Origin: Octopus sinensis
Taxonomy: Eukaryota
Length of the DNA: 7,121 nt
Reading direction: 5' to 3'
Assembly (NCBI RefSeq): GCF_006345805.1
Contig: NW_021829006.1
Location: 1 to 7,121 of the forward strand
Shown: positions 1-7,121 of the stretch, in pieces
Layout of the letters: each line of letters opens with the position of its first letter
Position numbering within the stretch: position 1 is the first letter of the stretch
Program-made: the position numbers and the translations under genes
The notes under the pieces: model-generated
Told to the model about the DNA's origin: nothing
Database searches by the model: none
What the model saw: only the letters and a program-made list of their open reading frames with translations

Positions 1-1524
1 AAACCCTTCCTTAAACATATCGATAGCCATATCAGAGATGACTTGGATATGTTAAACCACCTTCCAAAAAAGCCAAGGAAGAAACAATCATGGTTTCATT
101 TGATGTAGTTAATTTATATACCAGTATACCTCATAATTATGGACTAGAGGCAATACAGTTCTGGCTGGACCAATTTCCGGCAGAAATACCGAAAAGGATC
201 AGTAAAGAATTCATTACTAAATCGGTTGAATTCATCCTACATAATAACCACTTCATGTTTGACAATACATTTTACCGTCAAAAATCCGGAATTGCTATGG
301 GTACAAGGGCAGCACCAGTCATTGCGAACCTAACAATGGGCTACCTGGAAATAATTATTTACCAGAAATCTTTATCAACCTTTGGAAACCCCCTCTCTCA
401 ATACATAAATGAGAATTGGAAACGATTCCTGGACGATTGTTTTATACTCTGGAATGAAAACACAGATAAACTCCTAAAATTCAAAAACCTATTGAACAGC
501 ATCAACCCAAATATACAGTTCACAATGGAATACAACCAAAAGGAGCTCCCATTCTTAGATATACTAATTAAAAAAATTAACCTTAAAATAGAAACAGACA
601 TTTTTTTACAAAGCCACAGACGCCAAACAATACCTACTTTTTGATTCATGCCACCCAAGACACACTAAAACAAACATCCCTTTCAACCTTGCAAGAAGGA
701 TATGCACAATAGTGTCAGAACAAAATACCAGGAACTTTAGACTACAAGAACTCAAAAACACCCTAATTGACAGACACTACCCAGCTCAACTGATAGAGGA
801 TGGGATCAGACGTGCAACAGAAATCGACATAGAAACTTTGAGAAAAGTTCAACACAACAATACACCTTCCCCGAAAATACTGCCTTACATATCCACATAC
901 AACCCCAGAAACAAAGAAGCCTTCATCATTATCACCCAGAATTTACCAATACTTCATAAGGACCCCAAATTAAAGGAAATTCTAAACATACATAAAATCA
1001 TTCAAAGCTACAAACAACCTAAATCACTCAAAAAGATTCTCACAAAGGCAAAATTGCTTTCTGAAATTACGGATGCAAAAGTAAAAAAATGTGGTAGACC
1101 AAACTGTGCAACATGCCCAAACCTTCTAGAAGGACCAGAATTCCTCTTCAAAGAGGGACAAAAATTCAAGATCAAATCTAATTTTACTTGTGCCTCTGAA
1201 AACATAATTTATGTCATAAGATGCTCGGGCTGCCACCAAAACTACGTGGGGTCCAAGGGACTATCACTAGACGTAGAGATGCACACTGCATCGACAACAG
1301 ATTGCATTCCCAGAATACAGAATGATACCCTTAGTGAGCATATTGAGAAATGCGCAAAGCAACTACTACCACAATTTTTAATCTTTCCATTTTATCAATG
1401 TGCTATTGGAACACCAACACAAATTAGACTAAACAAGGAAACATTCTTCATTGAAAAATATATGCCCAAACTTAACCACTCTAACATTCTTATACAGAGA
1501 AACTCACCCCATTATATTTTTTAA
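1..1524 (+). pseudogene. Frameshifted PLE polyprotein (reverse transcriptase + thumb + Cys-rich linker + GIY-YIG endonuclease), N-terminus truncated by the window
   Basis: Frame 1 KPFLKHIDSHIRDDLDMLNHLPKK (1-~71) shifts at the A6 run 66-71 to frame 3: AKEETIMVSFDVVNLYTSIP, GIAMGT (288-305), WKRFLDDCF (FLDD 426-437), LPFLDI. It shifts again at the T7 run 601-607 to frame 1: YKATDAKQYLLFDSCHPRHTKTNIPFNLARRICTIVSE, CGRPNCATC (1090-1116), NIIYVIRCSGCHQNYVG (1201-1251), KETFFIEKYMPKLN, stop at 1522-1524. No premature stop is needed in the reconstruction apart from the disturbed 1267-1279 stretch. The indels could be sequencing errors. Confidence 0.88.
1201..1476 (+). other. GIY-YIG endonuclease domain with PLE-type CCHH motif
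   Basis: IIY...YVG bipartite motif with CxxC between (1222-1233). R-x3-H (RCTLHRQQI) reads in frame 2 from 1277, then SEH in frame 1, a putative catalytic Glu (1438-1440) and terminal P-x-L-N. Confidence 0.85.
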
Positions 1525-1626
1525 AATATTTTAAAAGGCCAAGAAATATACTGGAAGAAATCACTTATTATCTCCCCTTACCTGGAACTTTCCTTTACAC
1601 TTAACGAAATCATAACACAATGTTTT

Positions 1627-1666
1627 GAGAAATTTGAAAAGTTAAACACGAAACCGGTAATTTCTC
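1627..1666 (+). ncRNA. Minimal type I hammerhead ribozyme, U3:A8 core variant
   Basis: Stem I GAGAAAT (1627-1633) pairs perfectly with ATTTCTC (1660-1666). Core TTGAAAA (1634-1640) is CUGANGA with C3U+G8A. Stem II GT/AC (1641-42/1648-49) has a 5-nt loop, followed by GAA (1650-1652), palindromic stem III ACCGGT (1653-1658) and cleavage triplet GUA (1657-1659). It lies just 3' of a PLE ORF, where such motifs are expected. Confidence 0.82.
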
Positions 1667-1750
1667 CATGTCACTGTATGAAAAAAAATTTATAACATTC
1701 TTCTGACATAAGACTCAAATATATATTTTTAACCTTTTACAACAAGCCTG

Positions 1751-1758
1751 TATATATA

Positions 1759-1827
<69 letters not shown>

Positions 1828-2118
1828 TATTATATATATATAATATATATATATAGTATATATATATATCTATATATATAGTATATATATATATATATTA
1901 TATCTATATATATATTATATATATATATATATATTATATTATATATATATATATCTGTATATATATATATCTGTATATATATATATATCTGTATATATAT
2001 ATATATCTATATATATATATATATATAGTTATAATATATATCTGTATATATTATATATATATATATATCTATATATACTGTATATATATCTATATCTGTA
2101 TATATTATATATATATAG

Positions 2119-2178
<60 letters not shown>

Positions 2179-2312
2179 CTGTATATATAACTATATATTA
2201 TATATATATATATATAATATATATATATAATATATATCTATATATATATAATTTATATATATAGTATATTATATATCTGTATATATATATATATATATCT
2301 GTATATATATCT

Positions 2313-2345
<33 letters not shown>

Positions 2346-2380
2346 CTATATAATATAGATATATATATATATATAATAGG

Positions 2381-2414
<34 letters not shown>

Positions 2415-2709
2415 TACGATATATATATATATAATATATATATACCGATATATATATATACAGATTATATATATATATATCTGTATCTATATATATCTAT
2501 TTTATATATATCTACTCGGTATATATATATATCTATATATATAGTAAATATATATATATCTGTCTATATATATATATATATATCTGCTATATATATATTA
2601 TATATATATATATATATTTAAAGATATATATTATATCTGTATATATATATATATATATAATATTATTATATATACAGATATTATATATAGATATATATAT
2701 ATATATATT

Positions 2710-2787
<78 letters not shown>

Positions 2788-2892
2788 TATATATATATAT
2801 ATATATATATATCTATATATTTAAATATATATATATATATCTGTATATATCTCTCTGTATGATATATATCTATCTATATATATATATATATA

Positions 2893-2973
<81 letters not shown>
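1751..2973. repeat. Long degenerate (TA)n microsatellite, ~1.2 kb
   Basis: Directly visible TA repeat with recurrent TCTG/TCTA/CAGA interruptions; purest at the two ends. Confidence 0.98.
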
Positions 2974-2975
<2 letters not shown>

Positions 2976-3087
2976 CCTTCGTCGTGACAAGACGTATTTT
3001 TCATAGCTCTCGTCAATAACTTTTCACAGCTCCCGTCAGTAACCAAAGAAGCATATTTCAGCTCAAGTCAACAGAAACTCTCCATGT

Positions 3088-3121
3088 TTTTAATCTCAAA
3101 ACTTTTAATCTCAAAACTTTT
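3088..3121 (+). repeat. 15-bp tandem duplication (TTTTAATCTCAAAAC)x2
   Basis: Exact copies at 3088-3102 and 3103-3117, followed by TTTT. Confidence 0.9.
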
Positions 3122-3590
3122 GAATTCTACATCCTAATATTATACTTTTTACTACCGTCGGAGGATTAATTTATAAAAATTATACACAAACTGAGAGGAA
3201 GAAAGAAAAATATAACCAAAACTAAACCCAAGACTAGTTCTAAAACTAGTACCGTGAATACAATTCTTCTTTCTTTTTGCTTGATCTGTATTAAACACAC
3301 CGCTCATCCTGATTGTACTAAATACACAGAATTCTCCCACACACAAGCCACGCATTTCCGAGTATATCGACACAAACTTTTCAACGGCGTATTCACTATT
3401 TTACATCAAGCCATCAATAACTGGTGTATATATACACGCATACACATACATATATATATTACACAATACTGTCCCACTGAATATGACCAATAATATTCAA
3501 AAACGCCAGTGGGTTGAAAATGAAATTACTGCAATGATAAACGCTTGGTTCATTCATCACAATGAAGCTAATGTTTACAGTAAAATAGCT

Positions 3591-3785
3591 GAGGAGTACT
3601 ACCAGGATCTCTACTCACGATAGACCACGATAGCTGAGGCTGCAATCGAGGGTGTCAAGATCTTGCCAGTCATGTGTGAACTTGACAGTCTGCCATCTAT
3701 AGCAGAGCTCACCAAGGCTATTGACTCCCTAGCAAGTAACAAGGCTCCGGGAAAAGACAGCATCCCCTTAGATATCATCAAATCT
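3591..3785 (+). mobile_element. Degenerate non-LTR retrotransposon fragment, RTE-like (region just upstream of and entering the RT domain)
   Basis: Frame 3 reads EEYYQDLYSR*TTIAEAAIEGVKILPVMCELDSLPSIAELTKAIDSLASNKAPGKDSIPLDIIKS. It contains the LINE 'ELxKAIxxLxxxKAPGxDxIP' motif (KAPG starts at 3741) and an in-frame TAG at 3621-3623. The RTE assignment is from recalled resemblance. Confidence 0.85.
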
Positions 3786-3786
3786 C

Positions 3787-3824
3787 TAACCATAGATATT
3801 AGATATTTAACCATAGATATTAGA
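3787..3824 (+). repeat. 17-bp direct repeat TAACCATAGATATTAGA x2 (period 21)
   Basis: Exact copies at 3787-3803 and 3808-3824, immediately after the LINE homology ends. Confidence 0.9.
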
Positions 3825-4529
3825 CACAAATGAAGTAATATTTATAAAATTTCATCTTCTTACAAAGTTAGAAAGACCCCTCCATGGGTACTTAACACCC
3901 ACAATTTTGTCATTTTATCTAAGCAAAAACGAATACAGTTGTGCTCTTGGAAGCTGTAGGGTTACCTGAGCATAAATGTTGGGCATTATTTCTAGTTCAA
4001 TGGTACAACAGTGTAACAGTTTGCTTTGACATACACTTTCATTGTGATTTCTGCAATGTTCGTGCATAAATTGTTAAGTAAAAATGAGGCATCTTTGTCT
4101 CCACTGATTCAGTTGCAAAGTGTTGAGTAAAGTTATTTGATTGCAGACCTCCTTTCAGTCTTTTTATTATCACTCGGTCACACATAGTCCCCAGATGGTA
4201 ACATTGATTACAAGGCCTTCCCAGATGAGTGACTGGTTATTCAAAGACATTTAAAGATTTTAAATTCATTCTGTCCAGTTACGTATCAGTATAGTGGTCA
4301 TTTGCGCAAACTCCAAGGTGACACTTTAATTTCTCCTAAGCCCTCCGTCACACTGTTGATTTCAGTGGGTCACGCCCTTCCAATTGCTATAGATTCGTAA
4401 TGCATCTTACGGTTGTGCCTGTCACCGGAATGGTGAGGATCCTACATTGTGGGAGTGGTAACGACTAAGGTAGGGTAACTGACTGCTTATTGTGATCATT
4501 CTCTTTTGTTTCCATGTGACACGATTACA

Positions 4530-4679
4530 ATTTTTTAGGGTGTGTAAAGAGGGAAATAACCCTCATCTGAAATTTTGATGAAATTCGAAACATAGATATT
4601 CCAGTTCATTCAGAAAATATAACAGAAAAGTCTAATTCTTCAATTGAATGTAACCGGGCCACGCGGGTATCTCTGCTAG
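4530..4679 (+). mobile_element. Probable 3' end of a non-autonomous Helitron (5' boundary undetermined)
   Basis: A GC-rich imperfect hairpin ACCGGGCCACGCGGGT (4653-4668) sits in AT-rich context. After a 7-nt spacer comes CTAG (4676-4679), followed by T and an (AT)n run. This matches the hairpin + CTRR|T Helitron terminus. Confidence 0.62.
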
Positions 4680-4767
4680 TATATATATATTTGAACTCTC
4701 TTTCACTCTTTATATATATATTATATATATATATATATATAATATATATATAATATATATATATATA
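4680..4767. repeat. Short (TA)n tracts
   Basis: (TA)n at 4680-4690 and ~4710-4767. Confidence 0.9.
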
Positions 4768-5477
4768 CATAGGTTTTCCGAGGTTTTAGTTGGTTTTGGA
4801 TTATCATTGAATCTACTGTAACTTTGCATTCTCCAAGTAAGGTTAACAGCCGTTCATACCTCTGGAAAGAAGTAGCCCACATTAGTCTGACCTCTGTCCT
4901 TTGACCTGTCCAGCATGAAATGCCCTATCAGAACTCGCCATCTCGCGGGATGGGGGTGACGAATTCATTGAAGCACAGAAGAGAGACACTTTCGTTAAAG
5001 ACTGGACCTTGTGGTTGCTATAACATTATTATCCAATATTATTTTTTTTTCTGAACATTGTGAGGAAGATTCGACTGCTATTTCTAGCTGGTCGAGTGGC
5101 TTATACAGAGGCTCTCTCGCTGGCTCGTGACATTGGTGTATTGCGGAGGGAGAGGGAGTCGATGTCAGCAGAACAAGAGATAACGCTGTAAGTAAAAGCT
5201 ATTGGTATTAGTGTTTGTGGTGACACTGACGATGATGATGATGAAACTTATGTCCATGCTGCTGCTACTGGTGATAGGAAGAGCAATGCGCATGCGTATG
5301 GAACGGTGAGGTGTGGTGTGGGTGGTAGTTGCGGTGGTAGCAAGAACAATGGCATCAGTGGCGTAAACATAGTAAAATGGTGGTACGTGAGGTTGAATAA
5401 GTGGAGTCTTTATACATATGCCGGTTATTTGACGTTAGCAAGACTTTAACAGCCACCACACCCTTTCTTCTCTTCAG

Positions 5478-6048
5478 TGTGTACGTGTGCCTGTATGTGT
5501 GAGTGCGTGCTTGTGTGTGTGCGTGTGTGTGTGTGTGCGCGCGTGTGTGTATGCGTGGGTATAAGTGCGTGCTTGCGTACTAGTGTGTGTGTGTGTATGC
5601 GTAATGCTTATATGTGCAAGTATGTATGTGCGTGCGTATGCGTGTGTTGCGTGTGTGTGCATGCATATGGGTACGTGTATGTGCGTAATGCTAGTATGTA
5701 TGGGCGTGTGTATGCGTGTGTGTGTGTATGCGCGTGTATACGTAATGCTTTTGTGCATGTGCGTGTGTATGCATGTGCGTGTGTATGTATGTGCGTGTGT
5801 GCGTGCAGATGGGGGCGTGTGTATGCATGTGTGTGCGTATGTGTATGTATGCGTAATACTAGTGTGTATGTGTGTGTGTGCGTAAGTGCTTGCGTGTATG
5901 TGTGTGCGTATGTGTGCGTGCGTATGGGTGTGTGTGTATGCGTGTGTATACGTACGTGCTTGTGTGTGTGTATATGAGCGTACTTGTGTGTGTGTGAGTG
6001 AATGTGCATGCATGTGTATGCGTACGTGCTGGTGTACGTGTGTGTGTG

Positions 6049-6102
<54 letters not shown>

Positions 6103-6135
6103 ATATACGTGTGTGCATGCTTATGTGTGTGTATG

Positions 6136-6178
<43 letters not shown>
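5478..6178. repeat. Compound microsatellite: degenerate (TG/CG/TA)n, with (TA)n at ~6052-6107 and pure (TG)n at ~6144-6177
   Basis: About 700 bp of near-continuous purine-pyrimidine alternation, directly visible. Confidence 0.97.
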
Positions 6179-6180
<2 letters not shown>

Positions 6181-6336
6181 CATCTTCCCCGTCATTGATT
6201 GTTTACATGTACAACAATGTCTTCTTAAGCTTATGATCAATGAATCGTTGCACCGCCGCCTTCCATGGCCCCCACCATTAATAATGCTCCCCATAAGGAA
6301 CCTCACAGTCTCCACTATTTATTACCGCTGACACAC

Positions 6337-7110
6337 ACCACCACCCCCACCACCATTATCACCATCATCGCTATCATTACCATCATCACCGTCATCATCA
6401 TTATCATCTCAACTACCAGCATCTCTAGTATCACACCACCATCACCACCGCCATCACCGTCACTACTTCCTCCGCCACAATCACCACCACCACCACTACC
6501 ATCACTGCTTCTACCATCGCCACCGCCATCACTTGCATCATCATCACCACCACTACTACTACTACCGCCACCATCAGCATCATCATCACCATCGCCATCA
6601 CAAGCACCATCGTCAATAGCATTATTATTACTACTTCTATCGCCACAACCACCGCCACCACCACAATCACCACAACTACCATCCACCACCACCATCACCA
6701 ATACTACCACCATCACTACCGGCATTTCCACCACCACCATCACCATCATCATCACTACTTCCACTGCCACAACCAAAACCACCACCACACCACTACCATC
6801 ACAACCACCACCACAATCACCACCACTACCATCCACCATTACCAATACTACCACCATCACTACCTGCATTTTCACCACCACCACAACCGCGTTCACCAGC
6901 ACCACCAGCATCATTATCACTACTTTTAGCACCACAACAACCACTGCTGCCACCACCACCACCAACACAATCAGCACCATCGTTTCCACCACCATCACTA
7001 TCACTATCGCTACTTCCAACATCACTTCCACAACCACTACCATCATCACCGCCACCACCACCATCACCACTACCATTGCTACTACCATCGCCACCACCAC
7101 CACTACTACC
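6337..7110. repeat. Degenerate trinucleotide low-complexity region (ACC/ATC/ACT)n
   Basis: Triplet periodicity throughout, giving stop-free frames on both strands (poly-T/P/I and poly-V/G/M). Confidence 0.95.
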
Positions 7111-7121
7111 TAAACATCTGC

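Larger units (their letters stand above)
1..1750 (+). mobile_element. Penelope-like retroelement (EN+ PLE, RT followed by C-terminal GIY-YIG), 5' part outside the window; includes 3' pLTR-like region with hammerhead
   Basis: PLE-type RT motifs followed by a GIY-YIG nuclease in one reconstructed frame, and a hammerhead motif in the 3' non-coding part. Complex sequence ends abruptly at the (TA)n tract at 1751, so the 3' boundary is approximate. Confidence 0.93.

Noticed and set aside
398-1205. Minus-strand ORFs 398-658 and 1008-1205
   Set aside because: Antisense shadows of the PLE coding region.
2394-2621. 75-aa YI-repeat ORF
   Set aside because: Translation of the (TA)n microsatellite.
3233-3250. 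ACTAGT-N6-ACTAGT inverted/direct repeat (also palindrome TTTGCGCAAA at 4301-4310)
   Set aside because: Too short to exceed chance and no context supports a function.
3152-3493. ORFs 3152-3373 (-) and 3254-3493 (+)
   Set aside because: Short, with no recognisable motif.
3088-3824. Short direct repeats as a CRISPR-like array
   Set aside because: Only two copies each, no spacers, and a eukaryotic context.
3611-3829. Minus-strand 72-aa ORF
   Set aside because: Antisense of the LINE fragment; the meaningful frame is + frame 3.
3855-3935. YKVRKTPPWVLN, reminiscent of the PPW motif preceding RNase H in I-group LINEs
   Set aside because: Only a tripeptide-level match with no RNase H motif following; cannot be supported without a search.
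4853-5025. Possible exon (minus-strand GAG|GTATGA donor near 4859) or protein-like plus frame LSELAISRDGGDEFIEAQKRD
   Set aside because: No convincing acceptor/donor pair with a recognisable product, and stops flank the frames.
5461-5477. Minus-strand CTGAAGA...GAAA as a second hammerhead core
   Set aside because: No stem II and no supporting stems I or III.
5474-6331. Multiple overlapping HT/CV-rich ORFs on both strands
   Set aside because: Products of dinucleotide repeats that lack stop codons.
6265-7113. Mucin/extensin-like 282-aa ORF and antisense Val/Gly-rich ORFs as genes
   Set aside because: Frames are open on both strands because of triplet composition; there is no non-repetitive domain.

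Overview
This is a repeat-rich eukaryotic window, probably from an invertebrate animal; the microsatellite load resembles decapod crustacean or cephalopod genomes, but that is inference. No host gene is recognisable. Positions 1-~1750 hold the 3' part of a Penelope-like retroelement (PLE). Its reverse transcriptase, Cys-rich linker and GIY-YIG endonuclease read as one polyprotein broken by small indels, mostly in homopolymer runs. About 100 bp after the stop lies a minimal type I hammerhead ribozyme (1627-1666) with a non-canonical, compensatory U3:A8 core and a palindromic stem III; this is the most notable signal in the window. The element abuts a ~1.2 kb degenerate (TA)n tract. Further on are an unexplained segment with a short Myb/SANT-like frame running into an RTE-type LINE fragment (~3590-3785), a probable Helitron 3' end (CTAG|T at 4676-4680), a (TG)n/(TA)n compound microsatellite and a long (ACC/ATC)n triplet region. 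The long ORFs in the simple repeats are most likely artefacts.
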